A stretch of DNA of 64,000 nucleotides from assembly GCF_052425735.1 (NCBI RefSeq), contig NC_135767.1, positions 20,150,001 through 20,214,000 on the forward strand, given 5' to 3'. The notes under the pieces were generated by a model. The model was not told the DNA's origin and ran no database searches. It saw only the letters and a program-made list of their open reading frames with translations. The stretch is from Oculina patagonica. Lineage: Eukaryota. Below are positions 27,301 through 39,300 of the stretch, one piece after another; positions within the stretch are counted from its first letter, which is position 1, and each line of letters begins with the position of its first letter. Made by a program: the position numbers and the translations under genes.

Positions 27301-30300
27301 CAGTAGGGAGAAATCAATCAATCAAACTTTATTTATAGAGGGTTACACGTAATAGTTTTACAACTAATAAATTTGTGACCCTCTCTAAATAATATTGAGA
27401 TCTTGGGAGTGAATGGGTTAATGTGAATTTTGGAGTCCTGGAAAAATCAATCTGAATCCTTGAAAAGTCCTGGAAAATTGTTTGTGAATTAGGGTATGAA
27501 CACTGTCACTGTAACCTGTTATTTAAGGCGCATTTACATGACAGAAAAATTTGGGTACGGACCCATCAGAAAATTGGTCCGGATCTGACGACTTTTGTAG
27601 AGAAACAGTCAAATCAAAATGGGGCCATCAGGGACCGCGGAGGGGGAGCGGCTGGTAGGGCTATAGCCCTACCACTTTTTTGGCTGGGTTAATTTTTAAG
27701 GGCTCATGAAAAGGATAATGTAATATATAGCAATAGGTAAGCCTCAAAGCGAAGCTCCACATTTATTTAAATAATCAAAGGCGCTTTGTTAGGCCACTCG
27801 TAAATGAGAATACTAAGTGTATTGGTGTAGAGCTGTGAAATGATTCTGTCTTTTTGTGAGCGGCATGTTAGTATAAAAGTTGTTTGAAGGGAGATATGAT
27901 CACGTTGGTTCCTTGTGTTTACAGTGGACGCTAACGCGTTGTGTAGTGGTAATGCGTTGACTCTCCAGTCCAGCGGCCCGGGTTCGATTCTCAGCGGGGA
28001 CGATTAATTTTTTTTTTTTACGACAATCTATTTTACAATTTTATACGACGTCTTTTTTTTCTTTCTCCTTTTTTATGAATCTATAAGAGATGCAAATCAA
28101 GTACTATACAGTATATTATTAAAAGGCAACAAAATTCGTCAGTTTGGCGAGCTTTTTTACGATAAATTATTTACGTATCATGACTATCGATTATCATACA
28201 ATACGCTGGAACTATAAAACATTCAGAGACTGCTAAAATTGGACTTTATTCATACAATTGTCCTGAAATTAGCCTTTTAATACCCAACACAGTCGCAGTC
28301 CACAGTTCGTGCCTGGAAAATCTAAAAATTCGATCAAAACACGGAATATCAGTTCAGTGCTTCGAAGATTTTCATATTTTCTCTAAGATTATTTCTTCTA
28401 TTTGTCATGTGAAATTTTTAAGAGCTATAAATCGAGCCATTCAAAGAAGCTTTTATACATACAAGCCATTAAACTTTGAACCTACAGTATCGGTCAGTGT
28501 GCTAACAACAACACAAAGAAATCTATATGCTAATTTTCAGCCCAAATGATCAGTACGCCAAAGTTGTCAAGCGGTTAGAGGTTTGGTCTTCAAAACCATA
28601 GTTGATGTTAGGAGTCGCCGGTTCAAACCTCAGAAGTGTGAAACAAAAAGTAAAAAAAAAGCAAGGAAAATTAATTTATAATTTAATGCATAAATTATTA
28701 TTCATAAATTAAAGTTAACAGCCCATAATTTAATGCATAAACTATTATTCATAAATTAAAGTTAACAGCCCATCGACCGACCGACCGACCGACTGACCGA
28801 GTGAAAATTTGCATATCACTTCCCTTAACCATACTCGTTTCATTACATTCACGAGTAAAAATGACCTATAAAATGGATAAAAACTAAACCTTGCCCACGC
28901 GGAATCTATCAAAACTGCGTTCAGAAAGTAAAAACATCATGAAATTTCCTGTCTTAAAATCAGGCTCAGCAATTCAGTAGGAGGTTGTTAGCTTGCATCA
29001 GGGTCCTGTCTCTTTTTTCAGCGGACTTGATCTATTTAGTGCTTAACTTATTCTTGATGATGGCAGCCGCAGATTCTACAGCAAACAACAGAAACAAGCA
29101 AACTGGACTTGCACAGGGAATATCATTCGCAATTATTTCGGTCTCCTCATAAACAATTTTCGTTTTCCACAATTCCACGGACTAATATAGATGACCTTTG
29201 AGGACATCTTGAGAGAAAGAATGTTCTCTGTAACTCTTTTTACTCTCGGTTTCATTCAGCCTACACAGCAAACACCGTGCAACAAATTTTCCCGCGTTTT
29301 CATATCATAACTTCGTTTAGATCAAACTGAAACGTCTACATCCCCCAGTCGATCGAAAATAACGTCAATTGCTCGTTGTACGGCTATGAAAAATGCGACC
29401 AGAGACCAATAAAATTAAAATTTAACCGTGTAGCGATTGAACGAGAGCACAATTTTTTTGCGTAAAGGCGCATCGAGGTTTCGATGCACTCATACTTGAA
29501 AAGAAGACAAACAAAATAGAGCAGTTGGAAAAAAACCTCTCAGATCTTTTACTGTGTAGTGTCGCTGAGTAATTTTATCCGTTGTCTACATTTTGTCTTG
29601 CCCTGCGAGCTTTATTTGCTGTTTGTAATTTCCTTTCTTTTCTTTAGCCACGGGCGGAAAACCTCGTCGTCCCTAGGCCTAATCCGTGCGTACGTACGGC
29701 GGTACGGGGTGGCGGTGACCCCCAAAATTTCTCGGCTCGATGGATAACCATTTGCTTATGGATGCTCCGATCGCGCGCGCCATCGGCGCGCGTTGGAACT
29801 CCGCTATAAATTTTCACATGATAAACAGCGGAAAAGTGACCCCTAATGCTTGCTTGTCTTAGCCAGCTTTTTAGCCCTACCACTTCAAAATGACCTCCGC
29901 GGTCCCTGGCCATAGGTGCCTATGGCCCCATTTTGATTTGACTGTTTCTCTTCAAAAGTAGTCAGGTCCGGACCAATTTTTGACAGGTCCGTACTCAATA
30001 TTCTCTGTCGTGTAAACGCGCCTTTAGACACTACCTTTAATTGGTAATTTTTTTCTTTTTTGCAAAAATGAGTTAATATTTTGTGAGACGTCTCTTTTAA
30101 AGACAACATATGCAAGGAAAATGAAGTTTGTACATGTACACCATGCAGGAAACTAAAGAGAGTTTCAGATTGCAATAATTAAAAGATAATTATTTTGAAA
30201 CCCTAGCAGAAATTTCATAACTGATATTTTGCAGATGTTTCAAAAACAGAGAAGACTGAAGGACCAGTTATTCACCACTTAAACGATGACCAGAAAGCTC

Positions 30301-33300
30301 TTGTTATCAAGTAAGAAAAACGTAGACTGAATCCATGTTTCCCCTGTTTACTTGTTAATATACACAACTTGTGTTAACATGAATCTGAGCTGAACTTGAA
30401 AATGAGAATGTGAGCTTAACATTTTGAAGTTTGTCATGGATATTGTTATTCATTCTGACTCATCCTTGCCATTGTTAGGCATCCTAATTTGTTCCTGTCA
30501 TTTGTCGAGTACTGCTCAGTTTATAAAATCAAACAGTTATGTTAAGTGTGCTATGACCAATGTGTGATTTTAATTTTGTATCTCTAAACTCTCTCATTGG
30601 GAGGCATGGTTAGTGCGCTGGGCCGGGTTGTTCAAAAGGCGATTAACGCTAACCCAGGATTAAAAGATGATCGAGGTTTTAATTTCTCTTGTTTTAAAGG
30701 GTTTTCCATAGCTAATGTTTTGTGAAGTTTGAGATTGGTCCACGTCAAAACTGGGTGACAAAAAATATTAACAGAAAACCTCAACGAAATGTTATAAAAT
30801 TGAAATCAAATTTCACGCTAATCCTGGATTAGCTTAATCATGCTTTGAACAACCGGGCCCTGGGCCCTAGATTGAATGGTCTGGGTTTGAGCCCTGGCCA
30901 GGGCACTGCATTGTCATCTTGGGCAAGACAATTTACTCTCACAGTGCCTCTCTCCAACCAGGTGTATAAATGGGTACCAGCTTATTTCCTACTGGGGTAA
31001 CCCTGCAGTGGACTTAGCATCTCATAAAGAGGGAAATAGAAATACTCCTAGTCGCTTCAAGCTAAGGAAACTGGGATAAGCTCCGGCCTGATGGTCCACT
31101 AGGCTTGAATGCAGACTTTACCTTACCAACCTACCAAACTCTCTCATTTTGTAATTTGTTTTTGTTTAGCTGTGCCTCTACCCATCTTATTGTCATTATC
31201 CCATTTGTAGGTGCTGTACAAGACTCATTAGTATTCCTGTATCACCAAACACTCTCCAAGCAGTCCTAAAGCTATGTCTAAGACTCACTCAAGAGCACAA
31301 GTATGCAGTGCAGTTTGTGGAACAGGGTGGAGCTCGTGCTCTTCTCTTACTCACACAAGATTCTGCAGTTGCTGGTTTTGCAACGCTGGCAACACTTCTT
31401 CTTAGGCATGTGTTGGAAGACGAAGAAAACTTAAAACACACTATGGAGAAAGTTGTTCGATCATCGGCCACAAGTAGTGTTACCAGTGCTGTTACTGGAG
31501 TGAACCAAAGCTCACCTGGGGCTAAAGAGATTAATTATATTTTACGAGTTTTAGGACCTGCCGCTTGTCGCAATGCTGAACTTTTCAAGGAAGTAGCGAC
31601 AAGCTCGCTTCAGTTAGCTATAACACCTCAGCTAAAACGGACAATGATTGAAGGAGGAGAGACGAACTTGCCACCTAACTATGCTCAGATTGTTAAGCCG
31701 AGTGTGGCAAAGCATCCGAAACCTCCACCAGTGGCAAAACAGGTTCACGGTGTTGTGTGCGATCTGTTGAATGTATTATGTGCGTCTGATAGCACAGCAA
31801 GGACAATGGACAGAGGTATGCTCATGAGCCGCTCAGACAGTCAAATGCTTGGAGAGCTTGGCCGTGCTTTAGGTCAAGTTGGCGATCTGATTGCTGGTTT
31901 TAGCGGTCAGGGTGCTCAGCAGAATTTGGTGGCTCGTCAAGTACCTGCCTACACCAGACAGCTCACAGGAGAGGATGTTGAAGTCGAAGAAATGGCTCTT
32001 GGTAAGTTAATCTAACCACGATCACATGTCACAAAGATGTGACCTAATTCCCCATTCTCCCCAGCAAAACATGTTTATTTGAAAGATGTTAAATTAAAAA
32101 TCAACACACATAAAACTGAAAAATTAAAATTTTAAAAGGGCTCAATTAAGCTCTGACTTGTGCTTTCATTGTGCTAAATTTAAAGTAGACAAACGTCTGC
32201 AACTTCTATAAATAAAAAATATTTTAAATTGTGTGCAACAAACAAAATTGTGTTTCAGCTTTGGTGGGGTATAAGACTCTGTTAGACTGTATCAAATGTG
32301 ACATGATTGACCACCAAACTTTTCATGTTGGAAGGTATACAGCTATTTCAATAAACGTTGTCGGGTCAAAGCTTAAAGCTAAAAGGCAATACCGTATGGC
32401 GTTCTGGGTATTCACTACAATTTGCATATAAGCTTCATTAAATGCACAAATTTGTATTTCGCACGTTATTTCGTACGTGGAGAATTCACGAGTTTGTTTT
32501 TCTTCTCAGGAGGCCTTTCTGTAGCTTTACTTTCATTGTCGCTTAGCTTCGACTTTTGAAAATCCTTCTAAAATTCAGTGTGGCTAAAACCACCTAGTTT
32601 CACATGTCTGAAGAGAAAGAAAACGTGCAAATCCGCGTTGGTCGTGTCACTATATATTTTAGTATTCAGCACGCGCAGTTACTCTTTTCTTCTACCCATA
32701 CTGCCTTTCAGTCTTGTCTTTTAGCTTTGATCCGGACAACGTTAACTGAAATAGCTGTATAAGTCAGATGTATAATGTAAACTTTCAATGGGAGCTGGTT
32801 GTTACAGAAGTTTGAATGAAAATGTCCTTAACCTTGTCCAAAATAAATCGTTCTAGTGTTCCAACAAGTTGCACACATTGCAAAACTAGTCACCCTGTGA
32901 AGCAACCTTATCAACAGTTACATGCTATTGCATAAGATTGTCAAACACTCACTTTAACTCTGGAGGCTTGGTGGCCAGTCACGTTGTGTTTGATAGTAAC
33001 TTTTTGGCACTGTTTTACTCTTAGACGCAACTTATGGTGATAACAATTTTGTGAAGACTTGTGTCAGGCATTAGTCAGGCAAACTTTCAGATGTTTTGCA
33101 CTGTACAACCTCACAGTCAAGTTATTTGATTGTGATCTGATCATAAAAGCGAAACAGAAAAATTCTGTTTTCATGTAAGTACTCTTTGTTTGCAATTTAG
33201 ATTCTTCACAGAATAGCAGTCAAGGCAATTCTCAGTTATTGTTAAAAGCTGACGAAAAGAAGGACGATGTTAATGTTAAAGAAGAAAGCAAGGATTCAAC

Positions 33301-36300
33301 ACAAGAAGTTAAGACCCCTTCCAAGCCCCTGTTACCCAAGTCAGCCATTCTGAAGCTGTTAGCAGAGCTGGTTAAGTCCTATGCAGGAGTAGCACAGCTT
33401 ATTACAGACTACAGTCACACTGCCAAGATGTCTTCAGCATCAGAGGTAAGTCATGTTGTAACATAAAAACCTATGGATACTACTCCTGTAGCTAGTCCTG
33501 AATATAGTTCTCTTTTTGACATCACCCAGCTTTTGCATAGTACCTTCTGTAAATAGTCCCTCCCTTAAGACACTATGTAGATAGTATTCCTGGCAGCGAA
33601 ACAAACTGAAATAGTCCCCTTATCGATAATCTGCAAAGACCCCAATGTCTTTAGACCCATCCTTTTCACTTTAGAAAGTACTCCCTTTGAATAGTCTCAC
33701 ATTGTGCCTGTCTAGACAACCCCTCTGTGGTTGGTCATGATGCATTGTACTAGAAGAAGACAGCCCACAGGCCTTACAGACATTCCCCTTTATGTATAGT
33801 GCATCCAAATTACTGATAAAATCAAGAAGTCTTTTAAGACGTGTATACCACATGGAATAAAGAAGTATTTTGCTAACTGTGATAAATCGGTGTGTTTGCT
33901 TGTGTTCACTTCTTTTTTTTTATTAATTGCTCACACAAAAGTTGCTTAGTTTACTGTAAGTTTAGTTTTCTCTTGTATTGTAAGTTTATTTAATTCTGTA
34001 ATACCTATTTTTTTCTTTATAACGTCTGCGTTGCTACCGTTGTTTTCAGTTCACTGTAAGTTTTGTTCTCTCTTGTATTGTAAGTCTTGCAATTTTGTAG
34101 TAAATAATAAAGATGGTAAATTTTTTAAGCTCGGTAATAAATAATGAAGATGAAGTATTCAACATGACACGAGCATGGGACAAAGAAAAATTCTGAGTCC
34201 CCGACGGGAATCGAACCCATGGCCTCCCAGATACCGGTTGGGCGCTCTAACCAACTGAGCTACGAGAGACTCGTTGTGAGCTGGGCCATTTCACAAGGTT
34301 GATAAGTGACACACGTCCTGCATACTGCTAGGATCAGCAATGTCGAATTCATCAAGTTTGTAGTAAATAATAAAGATGGTAATTTTTTTTTGTAATTTTG
34401 TAACACCTACTATTTCTTCTTTTGTAACGTCCGCTCTGCTTGTGTTCACTTCACAGTATGAAGGACCAGTCCTAGCCTTCATTCTAGATCATCTTCTCCC
34501 ATCTGGAACACCAACTGACAATGAAGACACTCCTTCTTACGCACGCATCTTACTCGCAACAATTGCTACGTGTCACCAGGCACCTGAAGCACAGCAGACC
34601 CTCATTGCCGAGATGAAGGGCTCTCTAGGGCGAGCACTGATCCTACCAGAGTCAACTGCCAAGCACTCCAGGCTGCAAGCAATCTTCACTTTGGTGCAAA
34701 CCATGATCGAGTCTGGACCACAGTCCGCCCAGCATGCTGCAGCTGCAGCAGGAGCACAACCTAACAACGTCATGAAGCTACTGCTGAAGAAAGGACTCGT
34801 CAACGACATGGCTAGGGTCCCACACAGCTTGGACCTGGCCAGCCCCAATTTTGTGGCCACCATCAACTGTTTGTTAAAGCCTATGGAGAAGCTGTCTGGT
34901 GTAGTGAACCAACAGAGTTCCAGTGGTCTGCCCACTACAGCTGGTAAAGATCAAGCACCTGGTGGTGATCTGCAACCAACAAGTGGACAGGGTGCTGTAG
35001 CCGAGTCAGAATCTCAACAGACCTCATCAGCTGGTAAGTGATTATAGAGATTTACATTGTGCAGGGATGTAGCTAAGCCGGCTCATCAACAAGCCCAGTT
35101 GGCTTTTCTGGCCTTGGAAGCACTAAAAATTTACCTTTGTCTTTGTTTTCTTGTGAAATTTCAGCCGGATTTAAGTTCTCTTTCAGCCGGTGAAATAAGC
35201 CGGCAGCCGGCCCTTAGCGCCGACCCTGAATTGTGTAGAATTCTGAAATGCAGGTTTCCTAGTTGTAAATTAGAATGTATGTGACTGTTATTTTGGCAGG
35301 AAAAAATTGTAACCCATTATCGTTATAACTAATGGGGGAGGTTTTACCAAATGTTCTATTAGGGATAACAAGTTCTTAAAAGGTTTGTTAGTTCATACTT
35401 TTACAATCCCAAAATGGCCAAACTGTCCTCGAGTAATTAGCTAAGACTGTTTGCAGTTTCACAGCATGGTTTCGGCTATTGATCCCACTGTTTTAGTCCA
35501 CTGAAAAGTATGAATCTCCAAAATGTTTCAAACTGATGTTTTTTGCTCGAAAGGTGTTTATTTAAGATAAGTATTTTAACCAGAACAGTTACTTATTTCT
35601 CAAACTGATTCTGTTGTTGATGTGTTAGGTCAGACAACTGAAGGAACCAATGAACAACAGGCAGATGAGAGCCAGCAATCAACTGATGCAACACCTAGTC
35701 AAGGTACACACCATCACTACAAAGTGCATATCTTCCCTAATGCTTTTCTTATAATGCTTTGTAATTTTGGTAAGTTGTTCTACCATGGCTAAACTTAAAA
35801 CACACAGACCTTATTCTCAGGTACAAGGTATGCCTCATGAGGTGAACCTAACATTCAAGTTTGTGGATGAAACCACAGTGTGCAATTATATAAATGAACA
35901 ACATTGGGCAATACCCTTATGAAGTGTTATAGAATTTGGAGTGTTTTTTCACTCGGTAAATGCAAGCTTATCATTTGAATCAGTACTTGTATAGCTTTCA
36001 ATACTCTTTTGTGTAGCTGGGCTGCAAGTAATTTTTTTTTCAATTGAAAGGACATATGTCCTACTAAGACACCATCTTGGTCGGACAAAACAAAATTCTG
36101 GTCGGACAGGTTTTTATTCACTGTTGCCGTAAAATGATTTACGATCAAAAAATTGTCCGGCATCATGTCCGACCACACTTGGGATTTAGTCGGATATGAG
36201 CAAATTTTGGTCGGCCAGTGTCCAATGACCGACTGTTATTTTCAGCCCTGGTGTAGGGTTTTGTTTCACATATCAGCTCTCAGTGACCTGAAAGGGATCC

Positions 36301-39300
36301 ATAGAAGTGTTTTGAGAATACTGTGGTTCCTTGAATTCCCTGAATAATCATTTTGTCGTAATACTTTCAGTTGGCATGATTGAAGACTCGCTAGCGTCTG
36401 ATTCTCAGCCTGATAATGTAGCTGCTACTGGGGATTCTTGGGGCCTTCCAGAAATCTCCGGCAGAGGCATCATCCCAATGGCTTCAGAAGAAGAGCTTGA
36501 AGAACTACAGGACATGGTTGATGAGTTGTTGAACTCTGATGGCAATGATGGCCAACCTGGGCAAGGTATCATTTAAATAACAAAACAAGATGGAAAATTG
36601 ATTTGATTTGATTGTCAAAACTCTATTTCTTAGAAATACTGCATTACAATAAGCTTTATACCATAAAGCAGAAAATTTTTGCACGCACATTGGTTGAAAG
36701 TTATGGTTGATGATAGTTTAGACCATTAAAATGACATATAACACAATGCAAGGCAAATTTCAGAAAACGTGAGATGTCCACACAGGTTTTCTAAAAGACA
36801 TCATCAAGCGAGTTGTAAAAAGGCAGCTGAAACATTTAGGACAAAATTGTCTCACATTTATTGGCTTCAAGTAAAAGAGCGAACTTACGAGTATCACATG
36901 CGCTTGACTCACTGATTTTCCTTCTAATTCGCCAGTAAATTTTCTGTGTTGTGGTATAAAACAAATCGACCACATTTTCCCATGGTCTACTCTCTTACAG
37001 ACCATAGAAAATGACACCATAAAATGTCCAAAACTTTGCAGTGAAACCACTTGAGTTTTGAGCATTTGACATCATTGCTATGGTCTATAAGGGTGTAAAC
37101 CATGGAAAAATGTGGTCGATTTTGTTAAATGTCACAGACACTTTTGTACGTCGGAGAAATTACCTTAAAACTTCACGACAATAGTGCCTTTGATAGACTC
37201 TAAGATGTAACATGGTTCATAAATCAACACTCTCTTTTGACACTTAGATGTTGACAGCAACATCCTTTCAGAGCATGTGACGACTCGTCGCATGGCTGAC
37301 GGTCGCATGGTGGAGGAGACCACCTATGTCATTGACCCTCATTCCAGTGACAGCGACGACAGCTCTTCCAATGGTGACAGTGGTGGAGAGGATGTCGGTG
37401 AAAACTCTGACGATAATGATGATGATGGGAGAGGTGCGGACGACGAAACCATGGTTATCACTTTTGAAGATACAGGCGATCATGATGATCATGATGATCA
37501 CGATGATGATGATGATGACGACGACGATGATGATGACGATGATGACGATGAGGAAGAGGATGAAATAAGTACTGTGAACAGACCAGAAGGTATGCTGATT
37601 ATAACACAGTATCATTCTTTGGCTGCGCAGTAGTGGCTCTGAACCCTGCTTTCATTTTACATATCCTTGGCTATTTTTTAATCTCACCCAGAGAAAGGAG
37701 AACTGAAGGACTCAGGCCGTGTCTTAAATGCTGTCGAGTAGGGACCAGAAATGTAGAAAATTTGGGAATAGCAGCTTTGTTTTACAAGCTCAAATACAAG
37801 CTGTTACTTTAAAATTTGAGTGGTTTCAAAAAGCCCTTGCTTTCTTGTCATTAAACCTTGGTAGACCCTCTATCAATAAGTTACAACAAAAAGCTATATG
37901 CGAGCAAGTGAGAGAACTAGGTTCAAATTGAAAATGTGAAATTGTGTGGAAGTTCATAGGTTCGACTCTGCTAAATGTCAGAATTTTTTCCTAGTAGCTT
38001 GTGTCATTGACCAATAAACATCCCTCAGTTTTCTAGATTTTATGTTGCATCAGATGCAAGGGATAAAATTGAGTTATGTGATTACATCCTTCAGGTGGCA
38101 TCAGTGTAAGAGAGGCTGGAGTGATAGAAGAGTCCGGTGGAGTTGATGTGATGGAAGAAGAGGGAGATGATGACGAAGAAGATGATCATGATGAGGACGA
38201 TCATGATGATGATGATGACGAGGGCGGCAGTGACATGGATGAGGATGGCACTGACATGATAGGAGATGACTCCTTGAGGATTTTTGAGGAGGATGCCATC
38301 TATCTACCCTTCGATGAAGGTTCTGGTCAGTGCTCTGTCACTTTTTGTCATTGGCATAAATACTAGTAATGCAACGCTTTCGAGTGGTATACTATGGAAT
38401 ATCCCACGAGTCACTTGTATTTTCTCCGTATACACACGAGCCTTTAGGCGAGTGTGTATGCCAAGAAAATACAAGTGACAAGTGGAATATTCCATAGTAT
38501 ACCACGAGAAAGTGTTGTGTAACTATTTTATACCATGCCATAGAAAATACGCTTACTAAATTTCGTTGAGAATAAGATCGCAGGGCACGATGGGAAGGTT
38601 GGGTTGAATACCGTCGAATATACAACGGCTTTCCTGTATTCTGATTGGCTGTATTTTCTATGGCATGGTATAAAAGACACAATGACATCATGGTTAGTGC
38701 GCTGGAATCTGGATTGAGTGGTCCGGGTTCGAGCCCTAGCTGGGGTCATTGTGTTGTGTTGTTAGGCAAGACACTTTACTCTCACAGTGTCTCTCTTCTC
38801 TCAGGTGTATATATGGGTAATGGCAAATTTAATGTTGGAGGGGGGGGGGGGGGGGGGGGGTAACCCTGAGATGGATTCACATCCCATTCAGAAGAAGTAG
38901 ATACTCCCAGTCACTTATTGCTACCGAAACCGGGATAAGCTCCAGCACCACAGGCCTACGTTTACAAATCAGCCATCTTTGATCCTACATTTTACATCTC
39001 AAGACTTCTCAATAATGTCAGAAAGTCCCCAACATTGATTTTGAAAAAAAATATAAAAAAATATGGGAATGCAAAAACCACAGCCTTAACTAAAAAATGT
39101 CATATTTGAGTATCACAGCTTATCATAACATGGTTACTATGAAAACTAAGTCGTGTTCAAGCAAAAACTTAAGACGGATTCCGCTGAAGGTTCGAGCAAT
39201 GAGTGCGAAAATTAAGTACCAAAAATCTACTCATAGCACGGCAACATTTTGTATACTATTTAAAAGATCTTATCGAAATTCATTTGTCTTAGTGACCCTG

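Noticed and set aside
33031-33146. Possible C/D snoRNA (GTGATAA...CTGA with a short terminal stem)
   Set aside because: Imperfect C box and no rRNA or snRNA complementarity that I could identify.
34196-34270. Functional tRNA gene
   Set aside because: Imperfect acceptor and anticodon stems, atypical anticodon, embedded in a repeat.
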